From NCBI GenBank assembly GCA_001643675.2, contig LSRY02000002.1, positions 2,480,001 through 2,544,000 on the forward strand: a stretch of 64,000 nt of DNA, given 5' to 3'. Position 1 is the stretch's first letter. Every line of letters starts with the position of its first letter. The stretch comes from Monocercomonoides exilis PA203. Its lineage: Eukaryota > Protista > Preaxostyla. This document shows positions 13,239-24,006 of this stretch, piece after piece. The notes under the pieces are model-generated. The model worked only from the letters and a program-made list of their open reading frames with translations. It had not been told where the DNA came from and made no database searches. Both the position numbers and the translations under genes were made by a program.

Positions 13239-16200
13239 ATGGCCGAAAAATTTAAAGGGCTTAGCAATTTTTTAAATGATATTCGCTTTTGTTTGTTGCT
13301 AAAAAAATGTTATATAAATTAATGGCAATATGTGTTGCGTATATTTTTTCTTATATAGGTAAAACAAGAGACTTGGAAGAACAAAGAGTTGAAAAAGAGC
13401 TTTCACATATACGAGAAGCTTTTATAAATCCTAAGAAATTGGACATGTATAACAGGAAAAAATATGCGTTAAAATTAATGTATATCGATTTATTGGGATT
13501 CTCGGTGGATTTTGGTCACATGGAAACTATGGAGCTTCTTCACAGCCCAAAATATTCCGATAAAGTTATTGTATGATTTTTATCATATATGAAAAACTTT
13601 TATAAATATTTTGTTTTTATTTTTTTCAGGGTTATGTTGTTCTTGGTTCACTAGTCAATGAGAAATCAGAAATTATTCGTCTTGTTAATCAGGCCCTTCT
13701 TTCGGATCTAACTTCGCGTCGTGAATGCTTTCAAGCACTAGCACTTACGTTTATTGCAAATTGTGGAAATACAGAGACTGCTGAGACCTTGGCAAATAAT
13801 GTTGGAAAGCTTTTAATGAGTAAAACGGCCTCTAAATTTATAATCAAAAAAGCTTCTTTATGCCTTTTGCACATGTTTAAAAAGAATCCTGATATTGTTC
13901 AGCAAGAGTCTTGGAATGAGCGCCTTGTGACACTACTGCAAAATCGAGACGGTGGAGTTCTTACGTGCGTGATGTCTCTTCTTAATTCTTTTGCAGCTGT
14001 TAATCCGGAAGCTCATCGACAGCTGCTTCCAGTAGTTTGCAGAATGATTAAAGGAGTTGTGTTGAAAAACATGGTTACGGGGGATTACATGTACGACAAC
14101 ATACCTGCTCCATGGCTTGTTGTCAAGGTATTCCAGTTTATTCAACACTATCCTGTAATCGATGAGCCCGAAGTGCTGGAAGATTTAATAGTTGTCCTTA
14201 GAAGAATTATAAATACTGATAGAAGCCATTTTGTGACTTCTAATCCGACGACCCGTGTTGCAAAGAAGCACAACGCAATGCTTGCTGTTTTGTTTGAAGC
14301 CATTTATGCTGCAACTGCACTGCGCATTGATCAGCAGCTGATCAAACGTTGCATATCCCACATGAGGTTTTTCTTGGCCATCAACGATCCAGACATTCTC
14401 TATCTGTCGCTGCAGGCTCTTCAGAGCTTGTGTCCTCTCGATCCGACGTCCACAGGTGATGATCCGATGTTTGTGGATCTGGTTGAAAAGTTGTTGATGC
14501 ATAGAGACATCGTCATCAGAAGAAGAGCATTGGATGTTCTGTTTGAGATATGCAATGAGCATAATTCGGCTGATGTTGTTGCAAAGTTGATATCTTATTT
14601 GGACCAAGCGGAAATAGAAATTAAAGATGAACTGGTTTGCTATTTTTATATTTTGAAAATATATATTGATTATTATGTTATCAATTGCTTTCATTTTCTT
14701 TCTTTCTTTCTTTCTTTTTCTTTCTCTCCAATTTAATTTTTTTTCATAAACGCAATATTTAGGTATTGAAAATCGCAATTTTAGCAGAAAAGTATCATTC
14801 ATCTATGGAATGGTATGTTGACGTGATCTTCCGCCTCTTGCAGCTCGCTGGTGATTCGACTCCGCCTGAAATTTGGTATCGAATTGTGCAAGTGATCTCC
14901 AACAATCCTCAAATGCAGTCGTATGCTTCTGCTGCTGGTGCTGTCATGTTGCGTGAAGCTAACCTGCCTGACAGCGCAGTGCAGATGTGTGCGTATGTCG
15001 TTGGCGAATATCACAAAGCCATTCCGCCTTCTTCTGTGGCCATTTCTGAGATTGTGGAGAGAATTGGAGTATACATTGCATTTGCAAAGCCAGCCACGAA
15101 AGCGATTCTTGTGTCTGCCCTCGCAAAGATAGGTGCATCTACACCTGAAGTGTCGAGTGCAGTGACGGAGCTGCTGACGAAATACACAACATTCATAGCA
15201 GAAGACACGCAAGAGAGAAGTTGCGAGTTTCTATCGCTTTTGAAGACATCACCAGATGATGCCAAAACAACACTGGGACAACTGCCACCGTTTCCTGAGA
15301 GGCAGTCCATTCTTCTGAGAGACCTGAAGAAGAAAGTGAAGGAAAGCGGAATTGTGGAGAGGGCATCGAGGCATCTGAAGGAGGTGAAGGATGAAAAGGT
15401 CGATGAAGAAGAACAAGGAAATGACGATGGAATTGAAGAAAGCACAGCGAATATTCTGAATATGTCTCAAATGCATCCAGCGATGGCTTCGTCTGTCGCA
15501 TCTGCTGTTGATGGCACTCAGCTGAGTGCGAGTGCTGCTCCTGTCGAAAGGGAAGCGGATGATCTGATTGATTTGAGTGACTTTGGGGCTGTTATCAGCC
15601 CTGTCTCTTCTTCTGCTGCTGCTTCTGTGTCTGGCAGTTCCTCTGCAATTGTTGCTGAAGAAGCTGTGCCGAGTGATCCAGCCAAGCTGTTGGAGACATT
15701 ATCAACATCACCTTCACCTCACTCGTATTCCTCTTCTCCCCTTTCCGTTTCTTCAGCTTCTGTTGAACAGGCAGAAGCTAATCCTCAGCTTGATGGAATG
15801 TTCTATTCGCTTTTGTGCAGCGACGAAGGGAAGTTGTATGATGATGCACATTTATGCATCATGTGCCAGCACCAGTACCAGAAGCACGAAGGAAGAGTAC
15901 TTTTGACATGGACTAACAAGTCTGCTGTGACAGGCGAGGCGTCGCTTGCCCAGCCGCTGATGAATGTCACTGGGGTCATCGAGAGCTCACCTGAGCTGTC
16001 TGTTCAGGCAGAAGCTGTCGGGTCAGTCATCAGCCCTGGCTCTTCTGTGCAGCAGAGGATTGTCATCACACAAACACAGCCAGCATTTAATTCGCCTCTC
16101 TTGATGCTCTCTTACACTGTTGGGACTGCCACACACAGAGCAGCTGTGAAAGTGCCAGCTGTTGGGCTGAAGTTCTTCTGTCCGCTGACTCCTCCAAAGG

Positions 16201-16550
16201 AGATGTTTGTGCAGCAGTGGCAGGCTGTGCCAGACAGCTCTCCGATGGCAGTGGCTGACTCCTTCTTGTTCAAAGGAGCCCCACTCAATCCTCAGACATT
16301 CCAGCAGGTCATGTCATTTCTGCAGACTGCTGCCAAGATGCAGCCACTCCCTCAATATGATGACACTCCACAGACATTGTGCTTTGCAGCTGGTGTGTGC
16401 TGTGCAGGTGCTGCTCAGCCGATGCCACTTATGTTCAAAGTGCAGATGTCACCTGCATATGGGATGCTGATGCTGACTGTGAAGGGCTGCACTGCGCAGA
16501 TTGCAGAGATAACTAGAAAGTATGTGATGGATGTCCTGAAAGGGATGTAG
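13239..16550 (+). CDS. AP2A: AP-2 complex subunit alpha (alpha-adaptin), 4 exons
   Basis: MAEKFKGLSNFLNDIR, EEQRVEKELSHIR, YNRKKYALKLMYIDLLG, DYMYDNIPAPWLVVK, LKIAILAEKY..WYVDVI, PPFPERQS; hinge and C-terminal appendage domain present. Confidence 0.95.
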
Positions 16551-16643
16551 AATCATCACTGCTTATTAGATATTAGTGTTTATCTCTCAATCGCCTTGCA
16601 GCTCAAAATGATTTTTTTAGGTCAATGTATATTTTTTTTATTC

Positions 16644-16668
16644 ATTATTATTATTATTATTATTATTA
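16644..16668. repeat. (ATT)8 microsatellite downstream of AP2A
   Basis: Direct trinucleotide repeat. Confidence 0.9.
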
Positions 16669-17154
16669 GCTAATAAAGTATTTTTTATTTTAATTTAATA
16701 TTTTTCTATCATTTGGCAATCAAAATTATAAGTGCTAATTAAAATAATTGGCCATATTTGTGATTCCTTTTTTTTTTATGTTCATTTCATAATAGCGAAT
16801 TGATGTTACATTCTTATTTGGTTTCTCTTTATTCTTCTGTGTTTGTGACTCATGTTTTTGTTTTGTTTTCATGTTCGTAATTATTCCTTACAAACCATGC
16901 TATTTTCCAGAGGTTTTTATTTCTATATATTGTTGGAATTAAAAGTATTGGATCTTTACGAATCGTCTGTGATATTTATTGTACCGCATTTATTGTGGGT
17001 GCATTTTTCAATGATTTTTGATTGCTGTCAAAATTGATTCTTTATTTTTTTTTTTTTCATTCATTTTTATTGTGTTTTTATTTGTTTATATCAACAAACA
17101 TCTACTTTAAAAATAATTTAAATTTTTTTATTCTTATTTATCCGACAAATTTTA

Positions 17155-17650
17155 GGTAAGTGGGAACAAAACGTACTGTTCAAAATGCTTCTAAAAAGGT
17201 AAATGTTCGTTATCAAAATAAGAAATAAGTCCATGAGGGATATTTTTATTGGTAAATTTAATCTTATTTGAATAATTGAATTGGTGACCCATTTTTGAAA
17301 TTTTTAATCAGCAAAACACCTGTTTTTTTTATCTTTTTTGACAAATAAAACCCTAATCAGTGATTTAGGTTCATATTTTAATTTATATTATACCCTAATT
17401 CACTCGTTGTGAAGGCATTGAAACCAATAGCCTCTCCAAAACCTAATTAGAAATTTTGAGAAATAATATTATTAGGGTTTGATCATAGATTTTTTGATGA
17501 AAAAGGTGATTATTTATCACTTGAATTTTGAGTTGAAAATGAATATTTCAATTTTATTGATTGCTTAATATACATTTAGCGTTGCTTTTTTTTAGAAATA
17601 AAACTCTCTTTGTGTTATTTTTAGAATAGTACGTTTTGTTCCCATTCACC
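17155..17650. mobile_element. Non-autonomous DNA transposon (MITE-like, Merlin/IS1016-type termini), 496 bp
   Basis: 27-bp TIRs GGTAAGTGGGAACAAAACGTACTGTTC / revcomp GGTGAATGGGAACAAAACGTACTATTC (24/27); perfect 8-bp TSD AAATTTTA at 17147-17154 and 17651-17658; no ORF. Confidence 0.9.
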
Positions 17651-17733
17651 AAATTTTATAGCAAAAAGCGCATTTGCTCTTTTATTTCAAAAAGTTTTTT
17701 TTATCAGAAAAACGACGAATTGAATAAAATATT

Positions 17734-20700
17734 ATGGGGTCAAATCATGGTGATATGAAAAATGAAAAATTATACTTAATAGGAAGTAAATTTTTTAATA
17801 TTTTTATAGGAAACAACTTATATAGCTATTTCTGTACAAAAGAAATTGAGGATGCAATTCTAAAAAATCCATATAAAAGCGAAATATCATTTTTTGGAAA
17901 AGTTCACAATTTTGCTTCGTCTTGTTTGTATTTCTGTTCAAAAACTCTTTACGAATTCAACTTAATAATTATGAAATTTTTGAAATAAAATTTAGATATA
18001 AATGACTTCGATGAAAATGTATTCAACATTTTTCCATTTTCAAATCAGTACTCATTTGTCACATGTAAATGGAACTTAGACTTATCGATAAATTGCATAA
18101 AAGGTTTAGAATTTTCCATTAAAAGATTATTTTGATGAAATATTATGATTTTATTTTCTTTATTCAGGAATAGTTATTTCTCCGCATATTTCTCCATTAA
18201 TAATTCTCCTTGTGCTTAAAAATTCAATAAAAATATTTTCCCAACAGGAAAACACTTCTGGTCATTCCATGTCTAAAAATCTTGACCAAACTGATGCTTT
18301 TTCGTTGAACCAAGAAACCATGATGATCCACTTTCATCAATCGATTAATTTTTCTTCAATTTTATCAACAAAATTTGGGCTTTTATCCATCGATGGAACA
18401 GACAACATTTTTACGTTAGTGTTGTTGCGATTAAATGGCTATAGGTCGATGCCTCAGGACGAAGAATGTGTTGATATGAATGGGATCCTTGTAATAAAAT
18501 GGGATGTGAATTCGAATTTTGATTTATGTAGTCGAGAAGGTACTCAACAAATCGCATATAATCAATTTGTCACAACATATTTTATCGATGTGGACGATGT
18601 TTATTTGCTGTTCGCTCAATGTGATGAAGTTAATTGGCAATCAGTAATTTCATCACAGATCAATGATGAGTTTTCGGTTACAGATAAAAATTTCAGGGTA
18701 GCTCTTCTTCTTCCTTCATCTTTAGCAGCCTCGCGACAAGTTTCGGCAATTTATAGCGATTTTCATGGAGGAAATGTTCATGGACATCAAAATATTTCTA
18801 TTCGCCGAATGTTTCCATTAACAGCTTTTGCAACAAAACAATCTGTATCATTTGGTTTTGAAGATAATCCCTTATTTCCCTTGCCACAATCTGTGCATCA
18901 GCAAACAGAAAGAAAGTCAAAAAGTGAACTTGAAGAATGTGGAAGCAGTAATTTTCCTATTATTTCAGATCATGAATCAACATTCTGGTTGAAGATGAAG
19001 ATAAATGAAATTCAGAACTGTGAATATTCGAAAGATAATTTGTATCTCACAACTGTAGCTGGTACAAACAACGGAAAGTTAGTCCATGTTTCTCTGATTG
19101 ATACTGATGATTTTCAAAAACCTAAAATACAAGAAAAATCTGATCAAAATGACTTTTTGAATGTTGATGGAAAAGTTCCATTTCGAATATCGTCAGGAAT
19201 ATCATTGCCTTGGAATTCATATATTGCACAGAAAATAAAGACTTATCAAAAGCAATCCAAAGATCTCCAAAACACATATATGGTTATTTCTTGTTGTCCA
19301 ATCGAGAAATACAACACAGACAAAGAAACTGGGGATGAAAAATTCTTATTGAAAAGTGAAGAAGCAGCAGATCAAGTGACCGAAGATATTATTATGTTTG
19401 ATGATGATACTTGTTCCGAATATGAGCCATTTATTGATTGGTATAATTCGCCAGTCAGATATTGCGTTGTTGACTTCGAGTCACTCAGTTTTTTAAAAGG
19501 TTTGCATTTGAATTATGATATTATATTCTTTAATGCTCAAACGATCTTCATTAAATCTTTTCTTATTCACATAGTTTATTCTGATACAACATTGATTGTT
19601 GAACCAACCTGGCTTTCGTGGCAAGACATGCTGAATAATGATGCTTCACTTATTGTTGCAGAAAGACAAAGAAAGAAAAAGCATGTTCAGGAAAAAAGCA
19701 TCGATGAAAAGGAAGGAAATACCAATTATTCTTGTGAAAATCAGAATAAAGGAAATGTGATGGATTGGGAGTTATTAATCGGAGCTGATTCGCATCCCGT
19801 AGAAGATTCAAAAAATGATGATGCTTCGTCAATAAATCTTCCTCACGAAAAAGCAGAGTTGAATGAAAAAGACAAAGAAACAGATTTATTAGATGATTTA
19901 ATGAAAGAGGATGTTCCTCTTTCTACATCGCAAGCGTCTCATTCTGTTCGGTCTCTTAAAGAAGGGGGAATGAATTCATTAAAGCAACAGAATGAAGCTG
20001 ATCTTATCAAATCAAAGCTAAGAAAAGAGTTAGCAAAGCAAATTCAGAATGATCCTACTCGTTTCTTAGAAACAAATGTTCGTGTTTATTTTGATGAATG
20101 TGATTTTGATTCATCTGTTGCTTCTTCTTGTTGTAGAAATCAAGGCCTTGAAGTCAATTTGAAGCAAAACAAAATAGCAAATGAGGATCAAACAGAATCA
20201 GCAGAATCAAAAGTATTTGAGGCGAACTCAAATTACAAAGCTGAATGGGAAAAGGCAAAAGGTTCAATTAGTCTAATCACTGCTCTTTCAGAACGGGTAA
20301 GTGATGCTAAAGAGAAGCTTAAAAAGATCGAGGATTCTGTTGCTTGGAAGCAGAAAATGCTCAACCGCCAGCTGGAAAGATTTGCAGCTCTGAGCAACGA
20401 CAGCACTGAAAAGGATAAAGGCGGGAAAGCTGAAGATTCTGTTTCGTCTCTTTGTGAGGCATTCAGATTGGTTACTTTTTTCGAGCCAAGTACTCCAACA
20501 GAGCAAAATGCTAAAAAAAAGAGTGAGCTTCAGGAAAGTCCTGTTGGAAAGGAAACTGAAAGGAAACAACAAAAACATCATTTGTCATCGGGAGATGCCT
20601 CTAATGATTTGCATTCATCTTTTTCTGTGCAAAATTCATCTTCAGATAATTTGTCTCATTCATCTAATTCAATTCTCCGTGATACTCATCTGTCAATAAT

Positions 20701-21988
20701 TCCATCTTTCCCTATGTTGTCCTATTCTATTCACATCAATTCACCTTCATCTTTGTCTTTTGATGCAATTATTGGAACATTTCGATCTTCTATCTATTTC
20801 GTTTCATCAAATGCTCCATCAAAGCTTGTTCATCAAATTGAAAGCTCATCAGACTTTTCCTCTTCCTCAACGCCTTCTTCATTATCTTCTTTTCAACAAA
20901 TATCTTTTCCAGCTTCTTCTGTTGCGCCAACCTCTTCCTCTGAATTATTTTCCTCGAAGCAGCTCATTAATCCCTTTGATTTTTCATCCACTTCATCAGC
21001 ATTTCCACTTCAGTCTTCAACACTTGACTCTTCTATCTCTCAAAGTGCAAGTTATTCATTTGCTGATATTCCTGTCCCATCTTTTTTGCGAAATGACAAT
21101 TTTGATGGTTTTCTTTCAGATGCAAAAGAATCAGCAACTTTGCACAATCAAATTGTTTCGTTTGTACCAATAGCAATCTCCACTTGTGGCGAGCTCCCTT
21201 TTCCATCCACAGACATTTCAAATTCTGAGTCTCCTGAAACAGAAGCAATTTCGTCGACTGATTCAAAACAGAATGAAGGAAAGAAGCGATCTGAATTGAT
21301 GTTTTTATTTAGCTTGGATGAGTCACCACAATTGACTGTTCTTTTGTCTTTGTTGAGACAAACACGTACTGCTGTAATAAATTCATTGTGCGAAATTGAA
21401 GAAAAGTTCACTTCAATTTCTTTTCCTTCAACAAATCAAATGTCTCTTCGGATGATACTTACTTCAACACTTGATGTCCAATTCCTTCTTTCTCAGAGAT
21501 GTGATTCACATGTTTCGGATGAATTGACAGAAAAAGTGTCTCTGCCATTAAGTCAGTTATTCAAAGCTTCGCATCAGATAACGCCTACTTTTTCATTGCT
21601 TTTCACTTCTTCCGTTGAAGGATCTATTTTCTGTTTCAACTCTAAGCAGAAATTGGACCAAGAATTAGACTCTAACAGAACAAAAATGCAATTTCCAAAA
21701 ATATTCACCTTATTGTTGGAACGTTTGACTTCACTTTTCAAAAACCCTCCAACTCCTTCCCATAATTCTGATAGTGTTTTTTGGCAGTTTAATGAAATAC
21801 CTCTTGAATTAAATGCTTCAACATTGCCTTGTGAACAACCAATATCATCTTTTGTAAAAATTGGCACAGTTACTGTTTCATCTACAAAACTTTCAACTGC
21901 AACTTTGGCATTTGAAATAATTAATAATCTTTTAATTCAAATTTGCTCCAGTTTTGATTCAAGGATCTTTGTTTTATATCTAAACTAG
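17734..21988 (+). CDS. Large hypothetical protein (~1350 aa), 4 exons; central coiled coil
   Basis: ATG 17734; three phase-1 GT-AG introns join short exons to the 1258-aa ORF 18212-21988. Confidence 0.75.
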
Positions 21989-22564
21989 CATTATTCGTTT
22001 AATTTTCTCTAATTTTTTGTATTTTCAGCAAACGATTAAAAAGTCTTTTAAATGATTCTTTAAAAAAATCATATTCTTCCTGATGAAGCGGAAATTTTCA
22101 AATGAATTGAATGACATTTTCATTATTACGTTTTCTTTCATAAAAATAACGGTTATTTTTTAAAATGGTCCAAAGAAGAAATAAATATTATTCAAACAAA
22201 TGAGAAAAAGTTAATGAAAAGCAATTTCACGGATAATATTTTGTTGAGAAAGTGAGAATCTATTGATTGTTTGTCAATTTTTGCACATGTCAGTTTGACA
22301 TATTTTTTATTAAAAAAAATAAAATAAAATAAAATAAACCAATTTTTATCAAAAGATGGTGGATATTTTTTAATTAATACTTTTTTCTATTAGACTTTCG
22401 TTTCGGAAAATTCCCCTTGAATATCAGAAAATGAACATTGAAAAGTTATAACATATTTCCTTTTTTTCTTTAAAGAATTCGTCTCAAACGTAAGCTTCGG
22501 AATGAATTATGAATCATTAAACATTTAGAAGAAATGAATCCAATTTTTGCATATTACAGTTTAT

Positions 22565-22906
22565 GCAAAAAATAGCGGATAAGATCGATTTCTCAATAAC
22601 CACAAGAGGAATAATTCTGACAATTTTCCTCAAAATATATCTCATCAATACAAACTCATTTGATATACAAAGCTTTCAAAGCAGCTTCATTTGTGCTCAG
22701 AGAAATATATTATTTAAATCTTCTTGAAACTCAAAATCCTATTTCTACGAGATTAAAATAATATATTTCTCTGAGCACAAATGAAGCTGCTTTGAAAGCT
22801 TTGTATATCAAATGAGTTTGTATTGATGAGATATATTTTGAGGAAAATTGTCAGAATTATTCCTCTTGTGGTTATTGAGAAATCGATCTTGTCCGCTATT
22901 TTTTGC
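22565..22906. repeat. Long near-perfect inverted repeat (157-bp arms, 28-nt spacer); candidate hairpin RNA / fold-back
   Basis: 22565-22721 is the reverse complement of 22750-22906 with no indels and two internal mismatches. Confidence 0.95.
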
Positions 22907-24006
22907 GTTGACTATATTTCCTTTCTTGTGAAGTTAAGCATATTATATTTAATTTTTTTTTTTTAAATTTTAATTTTTATTTTCACCAGAAAATTAATCA
23001 AAAAAAAAACTATTTAAAAAATATCAACAGATGATTATTTTTTTATCCATTTTTTGACTTTAACAAAAATTTTGGTTTGAGAATTCACTAAAAATATAGA
23101 TATATGAACACTGAAAAGAATAAACTTGTTTCAGAAATCATTTTTCTTTGAATATTGTCGAAGATGTCATCATTATAAACATTAATCATTGTCTTTTCTT
23201 TTTAGTGAATTATTCGTCTCCAAAGAAACAAAACCTTCAAAGAATCAACTCTCCGAAAAAAGATATGAATACAAAGAATATTCTTGAAATTGTTTTTTAC
23301 AAAAGAAAAAAGGAGAAGTCTTTGTTTGGATTTCATGTCACATTGTGTGAGGCTCTATTAATGTATTGATTTTTGACCAATTTCATTTCCTTTCCTTTCA
23401 TTTCATTTCTTTTCATTTTTTCTATCAATAAATAACATTCGATGAAGATGATGTTAAATTTGTGAGCTCACAACAATAACGTTTTCAATTCCAATAAACA
23501 GAAACAACAGTTAAAAGTTGAGAAAATACAATTCACTGATTGATTCAAATATTTCATTATGTTGGGGAATATACGGACTTTCAAGCTTTTTTTATCAAGG
23601 CATTGAAAAATTGTTTCATTCATAACTTTATTTTGCTTTCTCAGATTTCAAAATAAATTTGATTAATATTTCCTTAAACAGGCATCGTTGAAATTAAAAC
23701 AAACAGTTTTGTGACATTTTGCTGACGTTAAAAAATGGATCAATTTTTTTAGTGTTTTTTGTTCTCAGAAAGTCAATGAAAAGTGCATATTTTTTCATGA
23801 AAATGCCTGAAATGAAATAATTTACCACATGTATTTGATGATGAATCGATTTCAATTTAAAATCTATAAAATATTGAAATAAGTATTTTGAAAATAAATT
23901 TCATTATTCCCCAAGCTTGTTCGTTTCATTAATTATATTCGAACAACAAAAAGAATAAAAAAAAAAAAATAATAAAAAAGGAAAAGAAAGCTAGTTCAAA
24001 AAAGAA

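Noticed and set aside
17345-17490. CCCTAA/TTAGGG hexamers as interstitial telomere or CRISPR-like repeats
   Set aside because: Isolated single hexamers, neither a tandem array nor regularly spaced; treated instead as internal motifs of the transposon.
23460-23473. Perfect palindrome TTGTGAGCTCACAA resembling a symmetric lac operator
   Set aside because: Only 14 bp, with no vector or bacterial context; expected by chance in 64 kb.
23100-23900. Possible degenerate coding relic downstream of the hairpin
   Set aside because: All frames have frequent stops and no recognisable motif; cannot be supported without a homology search.
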